Below, piece after piece: positions 36,608 through 46,229 of a DNA stretch of 64,000 bases. The notes beneath the pieces are model-generated. The model was not told the DNA's origin, did not search any database, and saw nothing but the letters and a program-made list of their open reading frames with translations. The position numbers and the translations under genes are program-made. This stretch comes from Hyphomonadaceae bacterium (GTDB taxonomy: Bacteria; Pseudomonadota; Alphaproteobacteria; Caulobacterales; Aquidulcibacteraceae), in assembly GCA_021731815.1 (NCBI GenBank), contig JAKFWO010000038.1:224-64223 (forward strand), written 5' to 3'. The stretch's first letter is position 1, and each line of letters begins with the position of its first letter.

Positions 36608-39600
36608 TCAGGCCCGGGCCTGAAGAATTTCCCGGGTCTGGGCACCGGCAATCGTGATTTTGGCAAAGGACCAGGCGCCATCGGCGTTGAGATCGAGCAG
36701 GCTCTTGCGCAGGCGATCGACAAAGGGCTTGCGGTTAGTGACAAAATCAGCCCCGGCCTGACGCCCGCGGGTCACTGCATCCGCGATGTCGCCAATCGCG
36801 CCGGCGCTTCTCATCGCACTTGCCGCGGCTTCGGTCTGTTGGGTGTAAAAATCCTCGACCGCGCGGCGCGCTGCCAGCCGGTCCCAATGCTGGCGTGAGA
36901 CCAGCGCGCGCGCGGCCTCGCGCAATTCGTCGAAGCCGAGCGCCCCGCCCAGCGAATGATAGAGCGCCGCTGCACCCTCAGCCGGCCATTGGTGTTGCTG
37001 CGCCAGTTCGATGATATCAAGCGCCGGAATGAGCGCCTTGAACCCCGCCGCCCTTCGGGCAAGGCCGTCGGGAGCGCCCAGCATCCGCAATTCCTGCGCG
37101 CGCTTGTCAATCCGTTCGCGTTCCACCCCGGAGACGAGTTCAATCGACCGGTCGCCCAGGCGATCGGCCCCGGGCTGGAAGGCTGCGATCAGCCCGCCGA
37201 TCGGCTCGGCTGCCAGCGTCGTCCGCGCCCGACGCGCCAGCCAAAAGGCCTGACGCCGCATGAGATTGATGGAATCCTGCAACAAGGCAGTCTGGGCGGC
37301 GGCCGGAATCTGGTTGTCGAGGGCCGCCACCTCGGCGCGGAAATCATCGATCCGGAAAATCCGGCGCCCGGTCTCGAAGGCCCGGACAATCGCCGGCCCC
37401 TCGGATTCGGCAGCCTCCCGCACCCGATGGATGAATACCGGCCCGCCGAAATTGACGATGTCATTGGCAAGGGTCGTGGCCACGATCTCGCGTTTCAGCC
37501 GGTGGCGGCCCATCTCCGCGGAAAACCGCCCGAGCTGGGGCGGGAAATAGCCGAGCAAGGTGGATTCGAAATGCGGATCATCGATCACATCCGAAGCCAC
37601 CAGCGCATCGAACAAGGCGATCTTGGAATAGGCCATCAGTACGGCGAGTTCCGGGCGGGTCAGGCCCTTGCTTTGGGTGGCGCGGGCCTGAACCCGGGCG
37701 CTGTCGGGCAGACCTTCGACCGCACGATCGAGCCTTCCCTGTTCCGTCAGCCGCAGCATGAGACGCTCATGGGCGTCGAGATCCTCGGCCGCACTCGCTT
37801 CGCCCAATGTCAGCGACAGGGTCTGCTGATAATTGTCCCGCAGCACCAGTTCGGCGACATTTTCAGTCATTTCCTCGAGCAAGCCATTGCGTGCATCCGC
37901 CACGAGTGATCCCGCGCGAATGGCTTCAGCCAGCAATATCTTGATATTGACCTCGTGGTCGGATGTATCCACCCCGGCGGAATTGTCGACCGCATCGGTA
38001 TTGATCCGCCCGCCGGCGATGGCAAAGGCGATGCGGGCCGCCTGGGTGAGGCCGAGATTTGCCCCCTCCCCCACCACGAGACAGCGCAGATCCTCGGCAT
38101 TGACGCGTGTCGCATCATTGGCCTTGTCGGAAGCCTGCGCATGGGTCTCGGCGGAAGCCTTCACAAAAGTGCCGATCCCGCCGAACCAGAGCAATTGCAC
38201 GGGCAGCTTGAGCAGCGCCTGGATCAAGGCCGCAGGCGTCGTTTCCTCGCCCGCAAGCCCGGTCAGGCCCCGGATTGTGTCGTTGAGGGGAATCGCCTTG
38301 AGGCTGCGCGCAAATACCCCGCCCCCCGGCGAAATCAGCGCGCGATCATAATCGTCCCAGCTCGAGGCCGGTTTCCGGTAGATCCTCAGGCGCTCGTGCC
38401 AGGCGGGCTCGGGCTGCGGATCGGGATCGATGAAAATGTGACGGTGATCAAAGGCCGCCAGCAGCCGCGTCTGACGCGACATCAGCATGCCATTGCCGAA
38501 CACATCGCCCGACATGTCGCCCACCCCGACCACGGTGAAGGGCGTGGCCTGGATATCGGTACCGATTTCCCGGAAATGGCGTTTGACCGCCTCCCAGGCA
38601 CCGCGGGCCGTGATGCCCATCTTTTTGTGGTCATAGCCCGCGCCCCCGCCGCTGGCGAAGGCGTCGTCGAGCCAGAATCCATATTCCCGCGATTTCTGAT
38701 TGGCGATGTCGGAAAAGCTCGCCGTGCCCTTGTCGGCAGCCACCACGAGATAGGGATCGTCCTCGTCGCGGATCACGCAATCGACCGGATGAACAATTCG
38801 ATTTTCAACAATATTGTCCGTCAGATCGAGCAGCCCCGACAGGAAGGTCAGATAGGCGCTCTTCGCGATTTCTGTCTGTCGGGCGCGATCGGCCCCCACG
38901 AGGAGTTTCGGGAAAAACCCGCCCTTGGAGCCCACGGGCACGATCACCGCATTCTTGACCTGCTGGGCCTTGACCAGCCCCAGCACCTCGGTGCGAAAAT
39001 CATCCCGCCGGTCCGACCAGCGCAAGCCACCACGCGCCACCGGCCCAAAACGCAGATGCACGCCTTCGACCTCCGGCGACCACACCCAGATCTCGCGGAA
39101 GGGTTTGGGGGCCGGCAAATCCTCGAGCTCGCGGCTGGAAATCTTGAATGAAAAATATGGCTTCGCCCGTCCTTGCGCATCCTTCTGATAGAAATTGGTG
39201 CGCGTGATGGAATTGACGAGCAAAACGATCCGCCGCAAGGCGCGGTCGTGATCGAGCCCGGGCACGGCCTGAAGCTCGGCTTTCACGGCCTTGGTCAGGA
39301 TTCCGGCTGCATTGTCGCGCGCGGCCTTGTCCATCCCGTTGGCCGGCCCGTTGGCCGGCCCGTTGTCCATCCCGATGGCCGGCCCGTTGGCCGGCCCGCT
39401 GTCCATCCCGATGGCCGGCCCGTTGGCCGGCCCTTTGGCCGGATCGAAGCGGACGGCAAACAAATCGAGAATATGCCGGATGAGGCCGGGATAGAGGATC
39501 GCGGCCTCTTCCTGAACGCTTTGGGATGGATCAAGTCCGCTTTGGCCGCGAAAGCGCGCCAGCGCACGAATCAAGGCCGCTTCACGCCAGGTCACGCCGA

Positions 39601-41635
39601 GCTTCAGTGTCAAACGGTTGAAGCCGTCATTCTCCGTGCGACCGGTCCAGCCGGCGATGAAACATTGTTCGAATGAGGTCTCGACCTTTTCGAATTCGAT
39701 GTCGGAATGATCGGCCGAGACCATGGTGACGTCATGAATCCAGTCGGCCTGGACCGCCACTCCTCCGCCCATTTTCGAACTGGCGAGCGGCGTTGTCACC
39801 CGGTATGGGGTTTCTGCTTTGACGAACAGGCCCATATTTTCGAGGATTGGCAGCGCGCGGGACAATTCGATCGGCACGCCGCGCGAATAGATCTTGCAGC
39901 GCAGGGTTTTTGCGTCATCCCCGGCATGGCGAAAAGCCCGCACACGCACGCCATCGGCGTCCGCGGCCAGCTTTTCCAGTTCCCCGATATCGACCAGCGC
40001 CTCCTCGCCCGAAAAGGCCTCGCGAAAACCGGCGGTGAACGCCGAACGGTATTTTTCGGTCAGTTCAGGTGACAATCCGCCCCGCCGGCCGGCCGCGTCA
40101 AAATCATCTTCCCAGCTATAAGCGAGACCGATGATTTCACGTTCGAGGTGACGAAGATCGGGTTCCGGATGCCCCGGCGACAGGCCGATAATGTAATGGA
40201 TGCGCGCCAGCGGACCCTCGCCGAAATCCGGATAAAAGGCCGAGAGCCGGCCGTCATAGGCTTCCTTCAGCAACAGGCCGATCTTTTCCCGGACACTCGC
40301 GTTGAATTTTTCGCGCGGGACAAAGACGAGCGCCGACACGAAGCGGTCGAACTGGTCGCGCCGCAGAAACATCTTGGTGCGCGGCCGGTCCATGAGATGG
40401 AGCACGCCCAGCGATGTTCGCAGCAATTCGGGCTCCGAAATCTGGAACAATTCGTCGCGGGGGAAAGTTTCGAGGATGTTCCGCAGCCGCTTGTCGGAAT
40501 GCGAGCCCGGAACCTTGCCGGCACGTTCCAGCACGCGGCGCATCTTGCGGCGCAGCAGTGGAACTTCCGCCGCCTGGCGATTATAGGCCTCGGCAGTGAA
40601 CAGCCCGATAAACCGGGTTTCCCCCGTGGGTTCACGGCGCGAATTATAGCGCTTCACCCCGATATAATCATAGCGGACGCGGCGATGAACCCGGCCCTTG
40701 AGATTGCTCTTGCCAACGATCAGCGGATCGCTCTCACGCAAAAAAGCCTGCACTTCAGGCGTCAGGATCGTGGGCTCCGATCCGCGCCGCAGCACATGCA
40801 GCCGCTCGTCGCGCAGCACACCAAGCCCGGAGCCCGGAAGTATTTCCGGTTCCTCGGGCGCAAGCGATCCATCCGGAAGCCGGGTATAATCGTAATTGCG
40901 CGCGCCGACGAACACAAAATTCTGGCCACCCAGCCATTTCAGGAATTCGGCGGCTTCCTCGATTTCCTCCTTTTCCTCCCGGTCGCGGGCGGGCAGCGCC
41001 TCGACCTCGGAGGCGCAGGCTGTCATCCGCCGGCGCATATGGTCCCAGTCCTGGACCGAAAGGCGGATATCGGCCAGCGTCAGTTCGATCCCCTCGAGCA
41101 AGGCCGCGCGGCGATGTTCGGGAACCGGTTCGAGATGGATCTGGATATAGCTTTCCTGGACGTCGCGGCCGGTATCGGCCCGTGCGCCGCCAGAATCCCG
41201 CAGGACATGGACAATCGGATGAAACATGGCCCGGACATTGAGGCCCTGCTCGGTCATTTCCCCCATCAGTGAATCGACCAGAAACGGCATGTCAGGGCCG
41301 ATGATCTCCACCACGTCGCGCCCGAGCGGCCGGCCACCCTGCTGCTCATTGCCCGCTTCCAGGGCTCCGAGCCCGGGCCGCAACCGCACCAATTGCTGGT
41401 CAGGGGCGCGTTTGCCACCAAAGCCCCAGAAATCATGGGCGAGCGCAATCATGTCGGTCGCGGAGATGCCCTCGAGATCATCGGCCAGCGCGTCTTCATG
41501 CATCTGTTTGAGAAAGCTCACGGCCTCGATCGAGAGCCGCCCCTCGCGCACAAATTCATGGAAGCGGGGATTTTCGGCCCGGCTGAGCAGATCCTCGTAG
41601 GAAAAAGCAGGGATAAGGGTGTGGGCGGCGTCCAT
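36608..41635 (-). CDS. gdhB: NAD-specific glutamate dehydrogenase, large (~180 kDa) bacterial type
   Basis: 1675-aa ORF. The size and sequence blocks (VKAQQVKNAVIVPVGSKGGF, VVAADKGTASFSDIAN, GDMSGDVFGNGML, NSAGVDTSDHEVNIKIL) match the giant bacterial NAD-GDH family. Confidence 0.9.
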   Translation of the reverse strand: MDAAHTLIPAFSYEDLLSRAENPRFHEFVREGRLSIEAVSFLKQMHEDALADDLEGISATDMIALAHDFWGFGGKRAPDQQLVRLRPGLGALEAGNEQQGGRPLGRDVVEIIGPDMPFLVDSLMGEMTEQGLNVRAMFHPIVHVLRDSGGARADTGRDVQESYIQIHLEPVPEHRRAALLEGIELTLADIRLSVQDWDHMRRRMTACASEVEALPARDREEKEEIEEAAEFLKWLGGQNFVFVGARNYDYTRLPDGSLAPEEPEILPGSGLGVLRDERLHVLRRGSEPTILTPEVQAFLRESDPLIVGKSNLKGRVHRRVRYDYIGVKRYNSRREPTGETRFIGLFTAEAYNRQAAEVPLLRRKMRRVLERAGKVPGSHSDKRLRNILETFPRDELFQISEPELLRTSLGVLHLMDRPRTKMFLRRDQFDRFVSALVFVPREKFNASVREKIGLLLKEAYDGRLSAFYPDFGEGPLARIHYIIGLSPGHPEPDLRHLEREIIGLAYSWEDDFDAAGRRGGLSPELTEKYRSAFTAGFREAFSGEEALVDIGELEKLAADADGVRVRAFRHAGDDAKTLRCKIYSRGVPIELSRALPILENMGLFVKAETPYRVTTPLASSKMGGGVAVQADWIHDVTMVSADHSDIEFEKVETSFEQCFIAGWTGRTENDGFNRLTLKLGVTWREAALIRALARFRGQSGLDPSQSVQEEAAILYPGLIRHILDLFAVRFDPAKGPANGPAIGMDSGPANGPAIGMDNGPANGPANGMDKAARDNAAGILTKAVKAELQAVPGLDHDRALRRIVLLVNSITRTNFYQKDAQGRAKPYFSFKISSRELEDLPAPKPFREIWVWSPEVEGVHLRFGPVARGGLRWSDRRDDFRTEVLGLVKAQQVKNAVIVPVGSKGGFFPKLLVGADRARQTEIAKSAYLTFLSGLLDLTDNIVENRIVHPVDCVIRDEDDPYLVVAADKGTASFSDIANQKSREYGFWLDDAFASGGGAGYDHKKMGITARGAWEAVKRHFREIGTDIQATPFTVVGVGDMSGDVFGNGMLMSRQTRLLAAFDHRHIFIDPDPQPEPAWHERLRIYRKPASSWDDYDRALISPGGGVFARSLKAIPLNDTIRGLTGLAGEETTPAALIQALLKLPVQLLWFGGIGTFVKASAETHAQASDKANDATRVNAEDLRCLVVGEGANLGLTQAARIAFAIAGGRINTDAVDNSAGVDTSDHEVNIKILLAEAIRAGSLVADARNGLLEEMTENVAELVLRDNYQQTLSLTLGEASAAEDLDAHERLMLRLTEQGRLDRAVEGLPDSARVQARATQSKGLTRPELAVLMAYSKIALFDALVASDVIDDPHFESTLLGYFPPQLGRFSAEMGRHRLKREIVATTLANDIVNFGGPVFIHRVREAAESEGPAIVRAFETGRRIFRIDDFRAEVAALDNQIPAAAQTALLQDSINLMRRQAFWLARRARTTLAAEPIGGLIAAFQPGADRLGDRSIELVSGVERERIDKRAQELRMLGAPDGLARRAAGFKALIPALDIIELAQQHQWPAEGAAALYHSLGGALGFDELREAARALVSRQHWDRLAARRAVEDFYTQQTEAAASAMRSAGAIGDIADAVTRGRQAGADFVTNRKPFVDRLRKSLLDLNADGAWSFAKITIAGAQTREILQARA
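39329..39436 (-). repeat. 36-bp tandem repeat x3 inside gdhB (with 12-bp GGCCGGCCCGTT sub-repeat)
   Basis: Units at 39329-39364, 39365-39400 and 39401-39436 (GTCCATCCCG(T/A)TGGCCGGCCCGTTGGCCGGCCCG..). The repeat is in frame and encodes GPANGPAIGMDS / GPANGPAIGMDN / GPANGPANGMDK. Confidence 0.95.
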
Positions 41636-41911
41636 GGGGAGCTCTCATCGAACGGGGGTGCGGGCAGCGATCTGTCAGCGGGATGCAGGGCAGAACCGGG
41701 TGGGGCGGTGCCGGAAAAGATTCAGGGACCCGCGAACCGGATCCGGACGACAAGAAAGCCTGGCGGCCGCCGGCAAATTGCGTCAGCGCGGGCGGAAAAT
41801 CAAGGCGCACCAAGGCCGGATGCTGGCAATGCCCATGACGTGATCCGTCAAAACAGCCATTTCTCCGATCCCGCTTGCGGAATGGCGGGGCTTGCGCCTC
41901 GAGCCCGTTCA

Positions 41912-42015
41912 GAAAAAGTGGAATCCGGCTTTCGCCTGAACGCGCTCCAAATCCTTGAATCCGGGCATTTTCAATTCAGACATTCGGCTCGGATTTCCTT
42001 GAAAATGCTCTAGAG
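41912..42015 (+). repeat. dispersed intergenic element, copy 1 (~104 nt)
   Basis: It begins GAAAAAGTGGAATCCGGCTTTCGCC and ends AAAATGCTCTAGAG. A 23-nt stretch within the 5' end is 20/23 identical to the reverse complement of 59834-59856. The 3' TGCTCTA(G/A)AG end is shared with copy 2. The TAG stop of the EAL gene (42010-42012, minus strand) lies inside its 3' end. Confidence 0.6.
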
Positions 42016-43260
42016 CCGTGCCAGCCTGCCGGGCGCATGGCCGCTTTCGGTACTGGCCGCTTCGTCAAGCAATTCACCCTTGACCGGCCGCGGTGCGCCA
42101 AACAAATGCCCCTGGGCGTAGGGGATGTCGTAATCGAGCACTTCGACCACCAGTTTCTCGGCCTCGATCTTTTCGGCAATAATCTCGATCCCGTAACGGC
42201 GGAAGGCCACCGCCACATCATGGGCGGCGAGATCGCGGGTCAGGGCCGTTTTCGGGCGCGCCCCGCCATCGACGATTTCGTGGAGCAGAAGGCTCGCATC
42301 CACCTTGAAAAACCGAACCCCGGAACGCTCCAGATCGGCGAGATCAACCTCGATATTCTTCACCTTGTCGATGGAAAAGCGAAAGCCGAGATCCAGCAAT
42401 CGCGACATGTTGCGCGCTTCAACCGAGGTACGGGCTTCGAAAGCACTCTGCCCCAGTTCAAAGATCAGCGAACCCTCCAGATCCGAATTCTGGCGCAGAA
42501 ATTCATAAAACTGTGGAAAAAAAGTCTCGTCACGCAGGGAATTGATCGAAACATTGCAGAAAATTCCGATCTTCCGGTCTTTCTGCGACAATTTGCGCAC
42601 GATCTGCACACAGCGCAATAACAACATGTTGTCGATAAAACTGACCAGGCCGGCTTCTTCTGCTGCCCCAAGGAATTCAGCGGGCATGATGATCCGCCCG
42701 GATTCATCGCGCAGGCGGCTGAAGCCCTCATAAAAGGCGATACGCCGATTGGGCAGCGCCACGATGGGTTGCAGATGCAGATCGACGCGGCTCTGGTTGA
42801 GCGCCTCGCGCACGGCTTCCAGCATGGGATCGAGCATGCGCATGGGAGAATCCGGCGCGGGTTCCGCCCGCCGGACATGCTGGGCCTCGAAGGATTGGCC
42901 GAGCCGTCCGATCAATTCCTCGACGCCGCGAATCTCGTGGGCAATGACTTCGCTGCGCTTCTTCGCCTCCATCCGGATACGGGCCTCGATGTCATCGGCC
43001 TTGGCCCGGGCTTCGGCCAGTTCCTCGGTCATGCGGGCGAGATCGGCGCGCATCCGCTCGAGTGAATCCGTCCGCTGCGTCTCGTTCCGGCGGAACAGGA
43101 TCAGCACATGCATCTGAACAAATGCCAGAAACACCGCCGCGCCGAAAGACAGGGCGGTGGCCGCACCCGCGCCGCCGAACCGCGCGAGACTGAGCCCCGC
43201 GCTCAGCGCGATGAAGCCATAAACGGCTCCCAGCACGAAATTGACAGGCGAAGCGGTCAA
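42010..43260 (-). CDS. membrane-anchored coiled-coil EAL-domain protein (TipF-like architecture; EAL motifs partly degenerate)
   Basis: 416 aa with a TTG (or GTG 43236) start. Two N-terminal TM helices, a coiled-coil segment (RMRADLARMTEELAEARAKADDIEARIRMEAKKR), then an EAL domain (QPIVALPNRRIAFYEGFSRLR, FCNVS, FELGQS, FFKVDASL, IIAEKIE, YAQGHLFG). The usual DDFGTG block reads RFSIDKVKN. Confidence 0.8.
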   Translation of the reverse strand: MTASPVNFVLGAVYGFIALSAGLSLARFGGAGAATALSFGAAVFLAFVQMHVLILFRRNETQRTDSLERMRADLARMTEELAEARAKADDIEARIRMEAKKRSEVIAHEIRGVEELIGRLGQSFEAQHVRRAEPAPDSPMRMLDPMLEAVREALNQSRVDLHLQPIVALPNRRIAFYEGFSRLRDESGRIIMPAEFLGAAEEAGLVSFIDNMLLLRCVQIVRKLSQKDRKIGIFCNVSINSLRDETFFPQFYEFLRQNSDLEGSLIFELGQSAFEARTSVEARNMSRLLDLGFRFSIDKVKNIEVDLADLERSGVRFFKVDASLLLHEIVDGGARPKTALTRDLAAHDVAVAFRRYGIEIIAEKIEAEKLVVEVLDYDIPYAQGHLFGAPRPVKGELLDEAASTESGHAPGRLARL

Positions 43261-43400
43261 CAGATTGGTGTCCGGAAAAGCGATTCAGGAAATGGAATTC
43301 AGGCCATCCTTATCACAAAGTATAACGATTCTTCCTTGCCGGGGCCAAACCCGCTCAGTGTTGTGCCCGGAGCTCTCATTCGGGATCGGTAGCCGGGGCC

Positions 43401-44450
43401 TCACGGAAACAGCGGCACCTGGCCCAGTCCCGAAGTTTCTTCCCATCCCATGGCGAGGTTGAGATTCTGGATCGCCTGCCCGGCCGAGCCTTTCACCAGA
43501 TTGTCGATCACGGCGATCACAATGGCGCGCCCGGCGATCCGGTCGGGGAAAACATTGATCAGGCAATGATTGGATCCGCGAACATGGCGGGTGGCGGGCG
43601 ACAGGCCGGGCGGTGCGAGATGGACAAAGGGCTCGTCGCGGTAGCGATCCCCGATCGCAGCGCGAAGGTCGTCGGCCCCGACACCGGGCGCAAGCCTGAC
43701 ATGGCAGGTCACGATTTCGCCCCGGCTCATCGGCAGGAGATGTGGGGTGAAATTGATCCGCACCGGTGAACCGGTCGCGAGGGCCAGTTCCTGTTCGATC
43801 TCGGGTGCATGGCGATGGGTGCCCACACCATAGGCATGGGCGCTTTCACCGATCTCGGCGAAAAGATTGGCTTCCTTCACCCATCGCCCCGCCCCGGACA
43901 CCCCCGATTTGGCGTCGATGATCAGATCCTCGGGCAGGATCAGACCTGCAATCATTCCGGGCAGAAGTGCCAGCAGCGTTGCCGTGGGATAGCAGCCCGG
44001 GCAGGCGATGATGCGCGGGGATTTCCGGAGTGCGGGGCGTGCCCATTCGCTCAGGCCATAGACGGCATCGGCCAGCAGATCCGGGCGCGAATGCGCGCGC
44101 TGATAGGTTTCGGCATAGATGGCAGGGTCGCGAAAGCGGAAATCGGCCGAATGGTCGATGATCCTGACATTTCCCGGCAAGGCGGAGAGCACATTTTCGC
44201 TGGCCCCATGCGGCAGGCAGCCAAAAGCGGCGTCGATCCCCGCCCAGTCGACTTCCTCGGCCCGCATTATGGGCGGCAGATCGTAAAAGCCGAGATGCGG
44301 AAAGGATTCCGCCATCGCCTGACCCGCCCGCGAATCGCCGGCCAATGCCACGATCCGCACAAAAGGATGCCCGATGGCAAGGCGCACGAGATCGGCCCCG
44401 ATATAGCCGGAGGCCCCCAGAACAGCGATATTGAGGCGTGAAACGGCCAT
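43401..44450 (-). CDS. argC: N-acetyl-gamma-glutamyl-phosphate reductase
   Basis: 349 aa. NAD-binding IAVLGASGYIGADLVRL and the catalytic cysteine motif IIACPGCYPTA. Confidence 0.9.
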   Translation of the reverse strand: MAVSRLNIAVLGASGYIGADLVRLAIGHPFVRIVALAGDSRAGQAMAESFPHLGFYDLPPIMRAEEVDWAGIDAAFGCLPHGASENVLSALPGNVRIIDHSADFRFRDPAIYAETYQRAHSRPDLLADAVYGLSEWARPALRKSPRIIACPGCYPTATLLALLPGMIAGLILPEDLIIDAKSGVSGAGRWVKEANLFAEIGESAHAYGVGTHRHAPEIEQELALATGSPVRINFTPHLLPMSRGEIVTCHVRLAPGVGADDLRAAIGDRYRDEPFVHLAPPGLSPATRHVRGSNHCLINVFPDRIAGRAIVIAVIDNLVKGSAGQAIQNLNLAMGWEETSGLGQVPLFP

Positions 44451-44559
44451 GGCTTACATGTCTCCTCAAGCGTCTGGAAGCAGAGCGGACCGATTATGGA
44501 TATTGTCGCGTGCTGTCTATCCGCGAGTGTCACCGCGACCCGTTCAGCCCGCGACCCGT

Positions 44560-45360
44560 TCAGGCTGCAACGAGGGCGAGCAATTCTCGCACCAGGGCCC
44601 GGCTTTCCGGATCGGCGTTTCCATCAACCCGGCGCGGGCGAAAGCGGCGCTGAAAGGCTTCGAGCGCTGCGCAGGTCGCGGGATCCATGCGCCCGGCAGT
44701 GCCGGTAAGATAGCCGATCCGGGCAAGTTCGGCCTGCAGGACCGCGATCCCCGGACCTTCATCCCCGGCGATCCATTCCGGCGCAGCGGGATCGAAGGAC
44801 ACCGGCCCGGGCCACAGGCCGAGCCCCGCCGCCGCCAGATCGGCCCATGGGAAATGCTCGCCCGGATCGGCCTTGCGACCGGGCGCGATGTCGGAATGTC
44901 CGAGCAATCGTGCCCCCTTTATACTCCGCCGCGCGACAATATCATCCAGCAGGTCGATCAGGGCGGTGATCTGGGCCTTGGGAAATGGCGGCAGGCCGAA
45001 ATCATGCCCGCCATTGACGATCTCGATCCCGATGGCGCGCGCATTGAGATTTTCCGCCCCCGCCCAGAAGGACCGGCCGGCGTGCCAGGCGCACTCTTCC
45101 TCGTCGACGAGGCGAAAGATCTGGCCGGATTCGGCCACGACATAATGCGCACTCACCCGGCCAAGCGCCGTGTCGGGATCGGCATCGGGCATCTGCCATG
45201 GGCCGGGATAGTTTCCGGCGACGGGTGCGGGATCACACAGCCGGCGCAAGGCGATCTCGGCATCCTGCATTCCGGTGCAATGCAGCACGATCATGTCGAT
45301 CGCGTGATCGCGCGCCTCCCGGTTGGGGGAGCTGTACCCGGTGGAAACGGTGTTCATCAT
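44560..45360 (-). CDS. N-acetylmuramoyl-L-alanine amidase (amidase_2/AmpD-like) with C-terminal peptidoglycan-binding domain
   Basis: 266 aa. Zn-ligand context IVLHCTG, AWHAG and LLGHSDIAPGRKADPG. C-terminal PG-binding-like repeat (IAVLQAELARIGYLTGTAGRMDPATCAALEAFQRRF). Confidence 0.8.
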   Translation of the reverse strand: MMNTVSTGYSSPNREARDHAIDMIVLHCTGMQDAEIALRRLCDPAPVAGNYPGPWQMPDADPDTALGRVSAHYVVAESGQIFRLVDEEECAWHAGRSFWAGAENLNARAIGIEIVNGGHDFGLPPFPKAQITALIDLLDDIVARRSIKGARLLGHSDIAPGRKADPGEHFPWADLAAAGLGLWPGPVSFDPAAPEWIAGDEGPGIAVLQAELARIGYLTGTAGRMDPATCAALEAFQRRFRPRRVDGNADPESRALVRELLALVAA

Positions 45361-45419
45361 GATTGCATCGGCCCCGAAAGCCTCCGGCAGAGCGACAAGG
45401 TCTGAAACCGGTCTTCGCC

Positions 45420-45956
45420 CTATCCCGGCAGGTGAATTTTTTCCCGCGGCGGCGGCAAATCGCCCTCGAAGGTCGCCGTATCGCCGGAGCGCGCGATTCC
45501 TCCCTCAATCACCCGGCACAGGCATCCGCCGCGCCAGTCGAGGGCCAGCGCCTTCAGCAGGCCCGGCAGGGAATCCTCCATACGCTGGCAGGGATAGGTC
45601 TGGGCCGTGGTTTCCAGCAGCGCCGTCCCCACCCGGAGCCTCGCCCCCGCATTGCGCGGATTGACGAGACCGCTGAGCAACAGATTGGCCCGCCGGATCG
45701 TCCATGGCGCTTCCGGGTCAAGTTTGGCGATGGCCGCCTGCCAGTCCTCGACGAACAGGATGCTCACCTGCCGCAAACCGGGTCGGCCCTTGTGGTCGCC
45801 CGCAAGACCCTTGTCCTGCGTGATCGTGATTTCGGGAAAGGTCACCATCGGCGCACGGCGTTCGGGCCGGGTCGCGATGTCGATCACCCTGCCCTCCCGA
45901 CCCCGCGCGGGAAAGCGTTGATCGGTCAATGAGACAGTTTCGGGGATGGATTCCAT
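45420..45956 (-). CDS. MOSC domain-containing protein
   Basis: The track ORF starts at ATG 45998. ATG 45956 (MESIPETVS...) is preceded by AAGGAAA and is equally plausible. It has MOSC-type motifs (GLAGDHKG, RANLLLSGL) and the conserved cysteine context QTYPCQRME. Confidence 0.7.
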   Translation of the reverse strand: MESIPETVSLTDQRFPARGREGRVIDIATRPERRAPMVTFPEITITQDKGLAGDHKGRPGLRQVSILFVEDWQAAIAKLDPEAPWTIRRANLLLSGLVNPRNAGARLRVGTALLETTAQTYPCQRMEDSLPGLLKALALDWRGGCLCRVIEGGIARSGDTATFEGDLPPPREKIHLPG

Positions 45957-46229
45957 GGACACGGGAATTTCCTTGCGGGCGCGATTGGCGTTGCGCATGA
46001 AAACGCTTTACATCCTTATGCGAAAAATCACTCACCCCAACAGGGCCTGGCACCGGGATGACGACTTTTTTCCACCATTTCATTCGCTGGACGCATGTGC
46101 CGGATGATGATGTGAACGGGAGAACACGAAACCTTGCCCGCATGCCGATTCCTGCGGCACCGCCAGACGGGGCATCAGCCCACACCCATCGGGAAGGGTG
46201 TCGCCTGCGACACTTACGGAGAATGCCCC

